From Blastocatellia bacterium (GTDB taxonomy: Bacteria; Acidobacteriota; Blastocatellia; UBA7656): 64,000 nt of DNA. The stretch is taken from contig DASQDI010000068.1 of the NCBI GenBank assembly GCA_035634255.1, positions 23,695 to 87,694 on the forward strand. Reading direction: 5' to 3'. Position numbers and translations under genes: made by a program. Positions 54,183 through 64,000 of the stretch are shown here, in pieces (positions within the stretch are counted from its first letter, which is position 1; each line of letters starts with the position of its first letter). The notes beneath the pieces were generated by a model. It saw only the letters and a program-made list of their open reading frames with translations. It had not been told where the DNA came from and did not search any database.

Positions 54183-56753
54183 ATGAGCATGAAATCATCG
54201 CACCGCGTGAGGGAGGGCCTTTCGCTGGCCATTCTCTTCATACTGATAGCGCCCGTCCTCATACCCTATCAGGTGATAGCAGCCCCTCGGGTCCCGGAGC
54301 ATGCTCGGGGCTCCGTCGCGCAACAGGGTGATCCCGAAGAAGAGTCGGCGACTTTGGACAGCCTGCTCCCGGCCGAGAGCTACGCCCTTTACGGCGAAGT
54401 GCGAAACGTGGGGCAGCAGATCATGTCGGGCGGTTTCAGAAGCGTATTCGAGACTCTGCTGCCGCTGATGGGCGAAGTGCCGAAGGAGTTGTCCCGGACC
54501 ATAATGTTCGCCTCGGCGCATGCGAAGGAGCTGTCGCAGTCCCGCATGGTCCTGGCCACCATGCCCACCCGCCGGGATATTCCTCCGGCGTTCATAGCTA
54601 TCGAACTCTCTTCTTCGGAAGTCGCCAGGGAGTTCGAGCCTGATTTCAAAGAGTTCTTGACATCTCTGCTTATGCCCGTGCCGTCGCCTGCTCCGGCGGG
54701 CTCAGGCAAAGGCTCTGACACTGCCGACGCGCAACAGTCCGGGCCCGCGCCTTTCTTCATCAAGAGAATGGGCCGGGTCGTGGCCTTCTCGAATATGCCC
54801 TTCACCCTCAAGCAACTCAGGCCGGAGGGTCAAAAGCTTCTCTCCGACGACCAGTACTTTCGGGACGCGCGCGCTCATTTTGCTTCGGAAGACCTGTTCG
54901 TCTATTATGACAGCGCCCAGTACGCGCGGGCATCGAAGCGGGCGTATGAAGAAGTCACGAAGGCGGAAGCAACAGAAGTGACGCCGGACCTGGGCCGCCC
55001 CCGCATCCCGGCGCAGGCCTCTCCGGGAACTCCCCTGATAACCGGCGAGTTCGTCGTGGAGGAAGAAGCGCCCGCCCCTCCGACTCCTGAAGAGGAGAAG
55101 CCGGAGAAGAAAGAAGAGTCTGAAAAGAAAGATGGGGCCGAGAAGAAACAGGAGCCCGCGAAAGCTGCTGCGACGCCTGCCGCCGCGCCCGCGACGAAAG
55201 GCGAGCCTCATGCTACGGCTCCTGCCGATCACAAAAAGATAGAGGAAGAGGCGGCCTTGATCGTCAGGCAATCGCTGCCACCGGACCTGCCGACTCCGCC
55301 CCCGCCGCCGGCCGACTCGGGCCCTTCGAACGGCATGCAGATCTTCGACATGATGATGAACACGATCTTCAGCGGAATGTCGAGCCAGCAGGTCGAATCC
55401 TACGAGTCGATAGGGCTCGGGCTCGCGTTCGAAGGAGATACTTTTGCCGTTCGCGCCCTCTTCCTAAGTTCTCCGGGCGCGCAGGTCGCCGCAATTCCTT
55501 TCCTGCCGTTCCTCGTCTCCGGCCCGCCCATCTCGCTCGCGGCGGCCAATTATATGCCGTCGGACGCGGAGATATTCGTGAGCGGCTCTCTGGACATTCC
55601 GCGAATTTTCGGCGAGTTTTATCCGGCTCTCGGCAATGTGAGCCCCTCTCAGGGTGGCCCTAAAACGGCGTCCGGAGCGAGGGGCCGGAGGAGACAGCCG
55701 GAAGTGAGCAACACCTTTGAAGCGCGGGTCGCCGCCTTTGAAAAGAAGCGCCGCGTTAAGATAAGAGAAGAGTTGCTCCCGGCTGTCGGCAACGAAGTGG
55801 CCCTGGCCTTGCCCGCGCGCGCTTTCTCCGGCCAGGGCGCGCCCGCCGCGCCCGAGCAGGCGACCGCGCAGATCGGGCCTATGTTAGTTATATCGATTCA
55901 AAATAAGCCGCTCTTGCGGCCGCACATCCCGGCCGTGCTCGAACTGTTCGATATCATTAAACCCGGAGAGAAGGTCGCGATTGAGAAGCGGGGCGAGATC
56001 GAGATCAATCGTTACGCGAGCGCGTCGTTCGCGCTGGTGGATGATTTCCTGATAGCCGCGCAGGACGTGAGGGACGTTCGCCGTGCGCTCGACGCTCGCT
56101 CGCGCGGCGAAACGCTCGGGGCCAGCAAAGAGTTCCGCGACTACGCGCGGTGGCAGCCGCGCCACCTGCTGAACCAGCTTCACGTTTCAAGCTCGATCAT
56201 GAAAGGCGTGCTCGACGACGCGAGGAAGGCGGCCGCCAAAGGGGATGACCGCACGAAAGACTTTTTCGCCCAGCTCAACTTCGCGCCCGAGCCGATCTCT
56301 TACGCGGCGTCCATGGAAGTGCTCGGCGCTCAGCATGAGATTCGCTTGCCGAAAAACCTGATCGTCACCTTAATCGCTTCCATGCTCGTCTCGGCGAATC
56401 AGTCTATCGTGCCGAGAAACGAGATGAACGCGAAGAGCATGCTGTCAATGGTGAATGCATTTCAGGAGATGCATTACATGGAGCACGGGCGCTACGCGAC
56501 GCCGGAGGAGCTTAAGAAAGTAGGGCCGGATATAGAGGCGAGTTCAGAAAGTTCAGGGTACCGGTTCGAGCTCGTGGTCGGGGGAGGAAAGTACCATGCC
56601 ACGGCGACGCCGATAGAGTATGGCAAGACCGGCAGGCTCTCTTTTTATACCGACGAGACGGGCGTGGTCAGAGAAGGCGACCACGGCGGAGGCCGGGCCT
56701 CCGCGCAGGACAAGGCCGTGGAGGGCTTTCCGAATAACTCGAATCGGCGATGA
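54183..56753 (+). CDS. Large secreted/membrane-anchored protein (DUF3352-like) with Pro/Lys/Glu-rich linker and C-terminal type-IV-pilin-like domain
   Basis: N-terminal signal/TM. Low-complexity EEKPEKKEESEKK/PPPP region. The C-terminal ~110 aa match the acidobacterial pilin pattern (hydrophobic helix, then NEMNAKSMLSMVNAFQEMHY, then SGYRFELVVGGGKYHATATPIEYGKTGRLSFYTDETGVVR). The DUF3352 assignment is low confidence. Confidence 0.6.
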   Translation: MSMKSSHRVREGLSLAILFILIAPVLIPYQVIAAPRVPEHARGSVAQQGDPEEESATLDSLLPAESYALYGEVRNVGQQIMSGGFRSVFETLLPLMGEVPKELSRTIMFASAHAKELSQSRMVLATMPTRRDIPPAFIAIELSSSEVAREFEPDFKEFLTSLLMPVPSPAPAGSGKGSDTADAQQSGPAPFFIKRMGRVVAFSNMPFTLKQLRPEGQKLLSDDQYFRDARAHFASEDLFVYYDSAQYARASKRAYEEVTKAEATEVTPDLGRPRIPAQASPGTPLITGEFVVEEEAPAPPTPEEEKPEKKEESEKKDGAEKKQEPAKAAATPAAAPATKGEPHATAPADHKKIEEEAALIVRQSLPPDLPTPPPPPADSGPSNGMQIFDMMMNTIFSGMSSQQVESYESIGLGLAFEGDTFAVRALFLSSPGAQVAAIPFLPFLVSGPPISLAAANYMPSDAEIFVSGSLDIPRIFGEFYPALGNVSPSQGGPKTASGARGRRRQPEVSNTFEARVAAFEKKRRVKIREELLPAVGNEVALALPARAFSGQGAPAAPEQATAQIGPMLVISIQNKPLLRPHIPAVLELFDIIKPGEKVAIEKRGEIEINRYASASFALVDDFLIAAQDVRDVRRALDARSRGETLGASKEFRDYARWQPRHLLNQLHVSSSIMKGVLDDARKAAAKGDDRTKDFFAQLNFAPEPISYAASMEVLGAQHEIRLPKNLIVTLIASMLVSANQSIVPRNEMNAKSMLSMVNAFQEMHYMEHGRYATPEELKKVGPDIEASSESSGYRFELVVGGGKYHATATPIEYGKTGRLSFYTDETGVVREGDHGGGRASAQDKAVEGFPNNSNRR

Positions 56754-56832
56754 GAGAAGGGGCATGCGGGGAGAACTTCGAAGGCTTCGCGGGCGCGCGG
56801 AGTCTGTCCCCCGACCGCCGGCTCGCCCCGGC

Positions 56833-58365
56833 TCACGCTATCTTTCTCAGGCCCCATCGGTAGAGCACTTTCGCGAGTGTCCTGAAGCGGTTCTGCCATT
56901 TTTCGGTGTACGGGTACCACCACCAGTCGCTTTTCAGAGGCAGCATGTCCCAGTTGATGTGCTTCATTTTGACGAACTCGAAAAGGCCGGCGCTGCCGTG
57001 CGTCACTCCCGTGCCGCTCTCTTTCACGCCGAACCACGGGGTCCGCGCGGCCCCATGGGTGTAGAGCGCGTCGTTTATGATGACGGTGCCCGCTTCGATC
57101 TTTCTAGCGATGCGCCTCCCGCGCTCGTTATCTCCGGTCCAGACTGAAGCGAGCAGGCCGTAGCGCGTGCTGTTGGCTTCGCGTATCGCTTCCGCCTCGT
57201 CCTTGACCACCATGATCGGCAGCACCGGCCCGAAGGTCTCTTCCGTCATCACGCTCATCGAGCTGTTCACGTCCACTAGCACCGTGGGCTCGAAGAAATA
57301 CCCGCCCAGGTCCTCGCGGCGGCGCGCGCCGACGAGCACCCGCGCGCCCTTCGCCACCGCGTCCGCGACCTGCTCGCTCACGACGTTCAACTGGTTCTCG
57401 TTGGCGAGCGGCCCAACGTCCACCGAGCAATCCGACGTGGGCGGGCCGAGCCGCAGCTTCTTCACCTCTTCGACCACGGCCGATATGAACTTCTCCGCGA
57501 TGGGCTCCATCACGTAGAGCCTCTCGACCGACGCGCAGACCTGCCCGCAGTTGACGAACGCGCCCCAGACCGCGCCCTTCACCGTGCGCTCGAACAGGGC
57601 GTCCTCGCAGACGATCATCGGGTCCTTCCCCCCGAGCTCAAGGACCACGGGCTTCAGCCGCTTCGCGGCGCTTTCGGCGATCTTCTTCCCGGTGCGGATC
57701 GAGCCCGTGAAGAATACCTTGTCCACGGAGGATTCGACCAAGGCCGCGCCCGTCGTCCCGTCGCCCTGCACGACTTCGAGCACCCCCTCCGGGAACCCGG
57801 CGGCGGCGAACAGCCTCCTGATCGCGTCCCCGACCAGGGGCGTGAACTCCGACGGCTTGAGCACGACCGCGTTGCCCGCCATCACCGCCATGACCACCTC
57901 CCCCACGGGGATCGAGAAGGGGAAGTTCCAGGGGCTTATGACCCCGACCACCCCGAGCGGCTCGTAGGTTATCATCGAGCGCTTGTTGCGGAAGACGGCG
58001 AGGGTGAACCTCTCGTCGCGCAGTATCCGCTCCGACTTCGCGGCGTAGTGGCTCATCAGGTCCATCACCATGAACACTTCGGTCGTGAGCGCCTCGAACT
58101 TCGGCTTGCCCGTCTCGTCGGAGATTATGTTGATGATCTCGTTCTGCCTCTCGTAAAGCATCCGCCGCAGCTTCAAAACGTACCGCGCGCGGTTCCGGAA
58201 CGAGAGCGCGGCCCACGCGGGCTGGGCCGCGCGGGCGCGGGCCACCGCCGCCTCCACGTCCGGACCTGTGCCGAGGCGGAAGCGCCCGAGCTCTTCGAGC
58301 GTTGCGGGATTGAGGGAGACTACCTCGCTATGACGTGCGTCGGCGACTGACACCTTTGCATTCAT
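56833..58365 (-). CDS. NAD(P)-dependent aldehyde dehydrogenase
   Basis: ALDH-family catalytic motifs (ELGGK, VNCGQVCAS). 510 aa. Confidence 0.9.
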   Translation of the reverse strand: MNAKVSVADARHSEVVSLNPATLEELGRFRLGTGPDVEAAVARARAAQPAWAALSFRNRARYVLKLRRMLYERQNEIINIISDETGKPKFEALTTEVFMVMDLMSHYAAKSERILRDERFTLAVFRNKRSMITYEPLGVVGVISPWNFPFSIPVGEVVMAVMAGNAVVLKPSEFTPLVGDAIRRLFAAAGFPEGVLEVVQGDGTTGAALVESSVDKVFFTGSIRTGKKIAESAAKRLKPVVLELGGKDPMIVCEDALFERTVKGAVWGAFVNCGQVCASVERLYVMEPIAEKFISAVVEEVKKLRLGPPTSDCSVDVGPLANENQLNVVSEQVADAVAKGARVLVGARRREDLGGYFFEPTVLVDVNSSMSVMTEETFGPVLPIMVVKDEAEAIREANSTRYGLLASVWTGDNERGRRIARKIEAGTVIINDALYTHGAARTPWFGVKESGTGVTHGSAGLFEFVKMKHINWDMLPLKSDWWWYPYTEKWQNRFRTLAKVLYRWGLRKIA

Positions 58366-58453
58366 GGACCACTCCTTATTGCTTCTTCCATTCTGTTAAA
58401 TCAGCAACTGTCGGCGCGGCGGAGGTGCTCGGCCCCCGCTTCGGTGACTAACC

Positions 58454-59113
58454 TCAACCGTCCCCTGTTTTTTTATGTTGTGCGAGCACTTTAACTAAAT
58501 CCACGGGTAAGTCAAGCGCAAGATGAGGGGATTCGGCCATGAGCCTCTCGCGGCTGGCCCCGCCCCACATCGCGGCGGCGGTGTAGGTCCCGGCCCGGTG
58601 GCCCATCAAAATGTCGGCGGGGCTGTCGCCGATCACGAGAGTGTTTCGCGGGTCCGCGCCCAGGTCGCTCATCGCGCGGAGCACCCCGTCTGGCGCGGGC
58701 TTCGGGTGTGGCACGTCGTCCCCCCAGACGGCCGAGTGGAAGAGCGGGCGCAGTCCCGTGATGTCCAGCTCGATCTCCCCGGCCCTGCGCGGTTTCAGGG
58801 AGACGATGGCCGTGCGCGCCCGGCGCTCGTTGAGGTGTTCGAGCAGCTCGAAGATCCCGTCGTAGGCGATCAGGTGGTGGTGATGGTTGGCGTAGTAGAA
58901 CTCCTCGAAGCTGACCAGCATCTCTTCCAGCATCTCTTCGGAGTACCTGCGGAGCACTTCCTGAGGGGTCATGTTCCAGAAGTCGCGGAATTCGGAGTCG
59001 TCGATCTCGAGGCCCGTGTGCAGCCTGATCGAATGCCCGAAGGCTTCGCGGTAGGCGCGCTCGGAGTGGGCGAGCGTGCCGTCGAAGTCGAATATGAAGC
59101 AGTCGAGGTCCAT
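58454..59113 (-). CDS. HAD-superfamily hydrolase (phosphoglycolate-phosphatase-like)
   Basis: Motif I FDFDGTL and a C-terminal GDSxxD motif. Confidence 0.8.
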   Translation of the reverse strand: MDLDCFIFDFDGTLAHSERAYREAFGHSIRLHTGLEIDDSEFRDFWNMTPQEVLRRYSEEMLEEMLVSFEEFYYANHHHHLIAYDGIFELLEHLNERRARTAIVSLKPRRAGEIELDITGLRPLFHSAVWGDDVPHPKPAPDGVLRAMSDLGADPRNTLVIGDSPADILMGHRAGTYTAAAMWGGASRERLMAESPHLALDLPVDLVKVLAQHKKTGDG

Positions 59114-59199
59114 AGGAAATCACGAGCCGCCGGCCTGCGGCGGGCCGGTGGGTCCGGTCGCAGAGCGGCGGCTCCTTTATTCGCTTTCGCGCGCTCCGG

Positions 59200-60057
59200 T
59201 TACTGAGCCAGCTTGACCGAGACTTTCGACGTCTCCACGACCGAGCCCCCGCGCGAGCGCGACACTCCGGGGGGGCCGGGCGATACGTTCGCCAAACGGC
59301 CTTCGAGCCGCGTCTCGGTCATGGCTTCGGTGATGCGGCTCGACGCGACATCGTAGACGAAGCGCGTCGAGCCCTCGCCTTTAGCGATGACGTTGACGTT
59401 GAGTGGCCCCGCGTCGGTCGTGAGTATCGACGCGCCGCTCTGGTCCAGGGTGATCGCGCCTTCGATTGAAGCGGTGTCGCCGAGGGACGACAGTTTATAG
59501 AGGACAGATGGGCTCTTCGAGATGTCGGCGAGGCTCTGCGAATAAAAGAAGCCGCGGGGGCCGGGCTTCCAGTCCTGCCCGACGCCGACTTCGCCTTTCG
59601 GGAGCCAGCCGCCGAGCGACAGCAGTATCTCGGCCAGCCCGACGCGCGCGGCCTCCTCGGGCATCGAGACCTTGAGCACCTCCCCGAATTCGTCGAGCGT
59701 CAGATCGACCTGTTTCCCCGCGAGCTTGCCAGCGAGGGTGGGCACCTCGACCCCGTTCACCAGCGTGCGCGCCGAGATTGCTTCAATGACGGCTTCCTGA
59801 TTGATCTGCCCGGCGGCGCGGGCTTCGACCGTGCGGACGAGGACCGTGGCGGACAGCTCTTTGCGGACTTTGTTGCTCAGCCCGTCGGGGCCTTGGGGAG
59901 TGACCGAAGTATCGACGGCCGCGGTTATGACGTACCGGGTCTCCTGCCCGGCCTTGTCGTTGAGCTTGAGCAGCACGCGCCCGTCCTGCGCCGAGGCGCT
60001 TGCCCCGAGGCCGGATATGATAGCCATTACGAATGCGGTTCTGATCCTGTTAATCAT
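59200..60057 (-). CDS. Hypothetical secreted protein
   Basis: Signal peptide (MINRIRTAFVMAIISGLGASASA). No recognisable family. Confidence 0.5.
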   Translation of the reverse strand: MINRIRTAFVMAIISGLGASASAQDGRVLLKLNDKAGQETRYVITAAVDTSVTPQGPDGLSNKVRKELSATVLVRTVEARAAGQINQEAVIEAISARTLVNGVEVPTLAGKLAGKQVDLTLDEFGEVLKVSMPEEAARVGLAEILLSLGGWLPKGEVGVGQDWKPGPRGFFYSQSLADISKSPSVLYKLSSLGDTASIEGAITLDQSGASILTTDAGPLNVNVIAKGEGSTRFVYDVASSRITEAMTETRLEGRLANVSPGPPGVSRSRGGSVVETSKVSVKLAQ

Positions 60058-60110
60058 CCCTCTCCTCGTTGATTGGAGATTCTCTCCATTTAATCGCTAC
60101 TGGTTGATCC

Positions 60111-61022
60111 CTACTGGCCCCCGCCGGTGTAATCGCCCATGACCCGGAACTTGTCGTAGCGAAGCGAGATCCGCTCGGAGTCCGGGAGGTCGGAGACCGA
60201 GGCGAGGGCCGAGGCGAGGTGCGCGCTCAGCAGGTCGCCCATCTTCTGGTGGTCCGCGTGCGCCCCCCCCCTCGGCTCGGGAACTATCTCGTCTATCAGG
60301 CCGAACTGTAGCAGGTCGGGCGCGGTCATCCGCAAGGCGCGCGCGGCCTGCTCCGCGTAGGTCGAGTCGCGCCAGAGTATCGAGGCGCAGCCTTCGGGCG
60401 TGATGACCGAGTAGACGGCGTTCTCAAGCATCAGTATCCTGTCCCCCACGCCGATGGCGAGCGCGCCGCCCGAGCCGCCTTCGCCCGTGACCGTGACTAT
60501 GATCGGCACGCGCAGCTTGGCCATCTCGCGGAGGTTGAAGGCGATGGCCTCGGCCTGCCCGCGCTCCTCGGCGTCGATGCCCGGATAGGCTCCGGGGGTG
60601 TCGATGAAGGTGAAGACGGGGCGGCGGAACTTCTCGGCCAGCTTCATCGCGCGGAGCGCTTTGCGGTAGCCTTCCGGTTTCGGCATGCCGAAATTGCGCT
60701 GCTGCCTCTGCTTCGTGGTGCGGCCCTTCTGGTGGCCTATGACCACGCAGGGCACGCCCTGGAACCTGGCGAGGCCCGCGATGATCGCCGGGTCGTCCCC
60801 GAAGCGGCGGTCGCCGTGCAGCTCCACGAAGTCCGTGAAGATCAGGTCGATATAATCGAGCGTGTACGGGCGGTCGGAATGGCGCGCGAGCTTGACGCGC
60901 TCCCACGCATTCGGCTCGGGCCTGTCGGCGGTCAGGTTCGACGCTTCGGACTCCTTCAGGCGGCGGCGAATCTCGTCCGTCGAATCGTCGCCGGTAGCTA
61001 CCTTCATCTTCTTTTCGGCCAT
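60111..61022 (-). CDS. accA: Acetyl-CoA carboxylase carboxyltransferase subunit alpha
   Basis: Conserved AccA core ([10 protein letters not shown]...[11 protein letters not shown]...[12 protein letters not shown]). Confidence 0.9.
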   Translation of the reverse strand: MAEKKMKVATGDDSTDEIRRRLKESEASNLTADRPEPNAWERVKLARHSDRPYTLDYIDLIFTDFVELHGDRRFGDDPAIIAGLARFQGVPCVVIGHQKGRTTKQRQQRNFGMPKPEGYRKALRAMKLAEKFRRPVFTFIDTPGAYPGIDAEERGQAEAIAFNLREMAKLRVPIIVTVTGEGGSGGALAIGVGDRILMLENAVYSVITPEGCASILWRDSTYAEQAARALRMTAPDLLQFGLIDEIVPEPRGGAHADHQKMGDLLSAHLASALASVSDLPDSERISLRYDKFRVMGDYTGGGQ

Positions 61023-61215
61023 AATTAAATAAGAACAGCGGTCGAGTCGTTAGCTTAAACCGGCCCGCCCTGAATGCGGCGGGCACGGGCGAAAGGCTAT
61101 TTTAGATCAAACGCGCGCGCTTGGCACCCTCATCTTGACACCGCGCGCGCGCCGCTGATAAAGTCGCCACTCGCGCAGCCACCATCTCTCGCACCATACA
61201 GGAGGTCCGAACCGC

Positions 61216-62601
61216 ATGGCGACGTTCAATGGTATAGAAGTTCCATCCGAGGGTCAAAAGATAACCGTGGATGGAGCGAAGCTGGTCGTCCCCGACAGGC
61301 CCGTCATCCCCTTCATAGAGGGCGACGGCACCGGGCGCGACATCTGGGCCGCCTCGCGGAGGGTCTTCGACGCGGCGGTCGAGAAAGCTTACAGGGGGAG
61401 CCGCCGCGTGGTCTGGTACGAGATATTCGCCGGGGAGAAGGCCTTCAATAAATTCGGCGAATGGCTGACGGACGATTCCGTAAAGGCTATAGCCGAATAC
61501 GTGGTCGCGATCAAAGGCCCGCTCACCACCCCCGTCGGCGGGGGCATCCGCAGCCTCAACGTCACGCTCCGGCAGGTGCTCGACCTATACGCCTGCGTGC
61601 GGCCGGTCCGCTACTTCAACGGGGTGCCGTCGCCGGTCAGGCACCCGGAGAACGTCGACGTGGTCATCTTCCGCGAAAACACCGAGGACGTTTACGCGGG
61701 CGTAGAATTCGTCTCCGGCAGCGAGCGCGCTCTGGAACTGCTCTCCCTGCTCAACGACAAGTTCGGCTACAGGGTCCGCACGGACAGCGGCATAGGCATC
61801 AAGCCCATCTCGCCCACGGGGACCAAGCGGCTCGTCAGGCGCGCGATCCGCTACGCGCTCGATTTCAACCGCCCTTCGGTCACGCTCGTCCACAAGGGGA
61901 ACATCATGAAGGTCACCGAGGGCGCCTTCCGCGACTGGGGCTACGAGCTCGCGCGCGAAGAGTTCAGGGGCGACGTAGTGACCGAGCGCGAGACATGGAT
62001 CCTCGACAACCGCGAGAAGAACCCCTCGATCACCGAGGAAGAGAACGCGCGCGCCATCGAGCCGGGCTTCGACCAGATGTCGCCTACGCAGCGCGAGGCC
62101 CTGGTCGAAGAGATACGGCGGACGCTCGGCACCATCGGGGAGTCGCACGGCAATGGCGAGTGGAAGAGGAAGCTGCTCGTGAAGGACCGGATCGCCGACT
62201 CGATGTTCCAGCAGATCCTCATCCGGCCCGACGAGTACTCCGTCGTCGCCACGCCGAACCTGAACGGCGATTACATATCCGACGCGGCGGCGGCCCAGGT
62301 GGGCGGCCTGGGAATGGCTCCGGGAGCCAATATCGGGGACGGGGCGGCGGTCTTCGAGGCCACGCACGGCACCGCGCCCAAGTACGCCGACAAGGACGTC
62401 ATCAACCCATCTTCGGTGATCCTGTCGGGCGTCATGATGTTCGAGCACATGGGCTGGCGCGAGGTGTCCCAGAGCATCGTAGACGCGCTCACGAAGACCG
62501 TCGGGCAGAAGCGCGTGACCTACGACCTGCACCGACAGATGGAGGGCGCGACCAAGCTCAGGACGAGCGAGTTCGCCTCCGCCATCATCGAGAACATGTA
62601 G
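61216..62601 (+). CDS. icd: NADP-dependent isocitrate dehydrogenase (homodimeric prokaryotic type)
   Basis: Conserved IDH motifs ([18 protein letters not shown]). 461 aa, with an inserted segment. Confidence 0.9.
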   Translation: MATFNGIEVPSEGQKITVDGAKLVVPDRPVIPFIEGDGTGRDIWAASRRVFDAAVEKAYRGSRRVVWYEIFAGEKAFNKFGEWLTDDSVKAIAEYVVAIKGPLTTPVGGGIRSLNVTLRQVLDLYACVRPVRYFNGVPSPVRHPENVDVVIFRENTEDVYAGVEFVSGSERALELLSLLNDKFGYRVRTDSGIGIKPISPTGTKRLVRRAIRYALDFNRPSVTLVHKGNIMKVTEGAFRDWGYELAREEFRGDVVTERETWILDNREKNPSITEEENARAIEPGFDQMSPTQREALVEEIRRTLGTIGESHGNGEWKRKLLVKDRIADSMFQQILIRPDEYSVVATPNLNGDYISDAAAAQVGGLGMAPGANIGDGAAVFEATHGTAPKYADKDVINPSSVILSGVMMFEHMGWREVSQSIVDALTKTVGQKRVTYDLHRQMEGATKLRTSEFASAIIENM

Positions 62602-62723
62602 AAGGGCCGATTGCGGGGGCCGCTCCCGCAACGCCCGCCTCGTTCGATCATTTATTCAAATCTTTCATTTTTCATTGCACCCCCGGCTTTTATAATCGTT
62701 CATGCCTGAGCGAGGGTACGATT

Positions 62724-64000
62724 ATGAAAAGCATCTGTGCGGTCTTCATCATTCTATTAGCGGGCGTTGCGGCGCGCGGCGGGCAGGCGGAAGATTTCCC
62801 CAGGGGCCGCGTCATTGAAAAGGTCCCCTGCAAGTCCGACCCGAAGCTGAGCTACACGCTCTACCTGCCGTCGAATTACACGCCGGAAAGAAGGTGGCCC
62901 GTGCTCTACTGCTTCGACCCGGCGGCGCGCGGCTCCCGGCCGGTGGAGCGGTTCAAAGACGCGGCCGAAAAATACGGCTACATAGTCGCGGGCTCGAACG
63001 ATTCGCGCAACGGCCCGAGCCAGCCGGTCGTCACCCTCATCGCGGCCATGTGGGACGACACGCAGGCGCGGTTCGCGATTGACAAGAGGCGCATCTACAC
63101 GGCGGGCCATTCGGGGGGCGCGCGCGTGGCCATGCGCGCGGGCCTGATGTGCAAGTCCTGCGTGGCCGGAGTCATCGCCTGCGGGGCGGGCTTCCCGCCG
63201 GACATCCCGCCCTCCGCCTCCACGTCCTTCGCCGTTTACGGGGTGCTCGGCATCGACGATTTCAACTTTCCCGAGATGAGAAGACTCGACGAGACGCTCG
63301 ACGGGCTCGGCATCCCGCACCGCGTGGAGACGTTCGAGGGCCCGCACCAGTGGGCTCCGAGCGACGCCTGCACGGAAGCCATAGAGTGGATGGAAGTCCA
63401 GGCCATGAAGTCGGGCAGGCGCGAAAAGGATTCGAAGCTGATCGCCGACTTGTTCGCGAAGAGGGACGCGAAGGCGCGCGGCTTCGAAGAAGCCGGGAGG
63501 CCCTACGATTCATACCGCGCTTACGCGGCGATTGCCGAAGACTTCAAGGGGCTGATCGACGTGAGCGCGGTCGAACTGAAGGCCGCGCGGCTGAAGGACT
63601 CGAAAGAAGTTAAACAGGGCGCGAAGGACGAGAAAGAGCAGATCAGAAAACAGCTCAAATACTCGGAAGATATCAAGGCCATCGGGAGCAGGTTTCTGAG
63701 CCCCGAGGAGCGCGGGGACGCCGTCCTTGAGCTGAGGAGGATCGCGTCGGATTTGCAGAAGAGGTCCAAAGTACCGGAAGACACGGGGGACCGGAGGCTC
63801 GCGCGCCGCACCCTGCATCAGGTGAACGCGGAGCTTTATGAATCGGCCCTCTACCTCTACCGGAACCAGCCGGAGCTGATGGTGGTGAATCTCGAAGTCG
63901 CTTCCGAGATCACCCCTTATCCTTACGTGTTTTACGAACTCGCCTGCGCCTACTCGCTCAAAGGCGACAGGAAGAAGGCCATCGAGACGTTGAAGAAGAG
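62724..64000 (+). CDS. Secreted alpha/beta-hydrolase (esterase / PHB-depolymerase-like) with C-terminal helical/TPR-like region; truncated by the window end
   Basis: Signal peptide. GHSGG (GxSxG) nucleophile elbow. The ORF continues past position 64000. Confidence 0.65.
   Translation, partial: MKSICAVFIILLAGVAARGGQAEDFPRGRVIEKVPCKSDPKLSYTLYLPSNYTPERRWPVLYCFDPAARGSRPVERFKDAAEKYGYIVAGSNDSRNGPSQPVVTLIAAMWDDTQARFAIDKRRIYTAGHSGGARVAMRAGLMCKSCVAGVIACGAGFPPDIPPSASTSFAVYGVLGIDDFNFPEMRRLDETLDGLGIPHRVETFEGPHQWAPSDACTEAIEWMEVQAMKSGRREKDSKLIADLFAKRDAKARGFEEAGRPYDSYRAYAAIAEDFKGLIDVSAVELKAARLKDSKEVKQGAKDEKEQIRKQLKYSEDIKAIGSRFLSPEERGDAVLELRRIASDLQKRSKVPEDTGDRRLARRTLHQVNAELYESALYLYRNQPELMVVNLEVASEITPYPYVFYELACAYSLKGDRKKAIETLKK

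Overview
A 64-kb chromosomal window with about 67% GC, probably from an Acidobacteria-like organism. That placement is an inference from a VWFA-related acidobacterial-type protein, abundant SBBP beta-propeller repeats and acidobacterial-style pilin motifs. The window is mostly housekeeping genes: Bacillus-type sdhCAB, the rimO-pgpA-NaMN/NMN-adenylyltransferase-like-cinA operon, an LPS-heptose module (trm112-like, GT9 heptosyltransferase, heptose kinase, nucleotide-sugar dehydrogenase), rsmI, mscL, smc, fmt-miaA, bshC, accA, icd, a CDF transporter, an M28 peptidase, an aldehyde dehydrogenase and one tRNA-Ser(TGA). Several things stand out. (1) Three copies of a ~150-bp GC-armed hairpin repeat (MITE/REP-like) lie between 39.0 and 44.1 kb. 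Two of them supply the last codons and stop codon of flanking genes (miaA and bshC), and the third sits in the fmt/dapA-like divergent promoter region. (2) A 1581-aa secreted giant protein carries SBBP, BNR-like, DUF11 and FG-GAP-like tandem repeats. (3) A LysR regulator is interrupted by an in-frame TAG. (4) An HNH endonuclease lies in a low-GC patch abutting tRNA-Ser, followed by ~0.9 kb of non-coding DNA. (5) An 856-aa secreted protein ends in a pilin-like globular domain. (6) MscL has a C-terminal zinc-ribbon tail. (7) An orphan radical-SAM/SPASM enzyme is followed by a DUF2064 / GT87-like membrane protein / SDR module. There is no CRISPR array, rRNA or intact prophage. Many long ORFs in the track are high-GC antisense artefacts.
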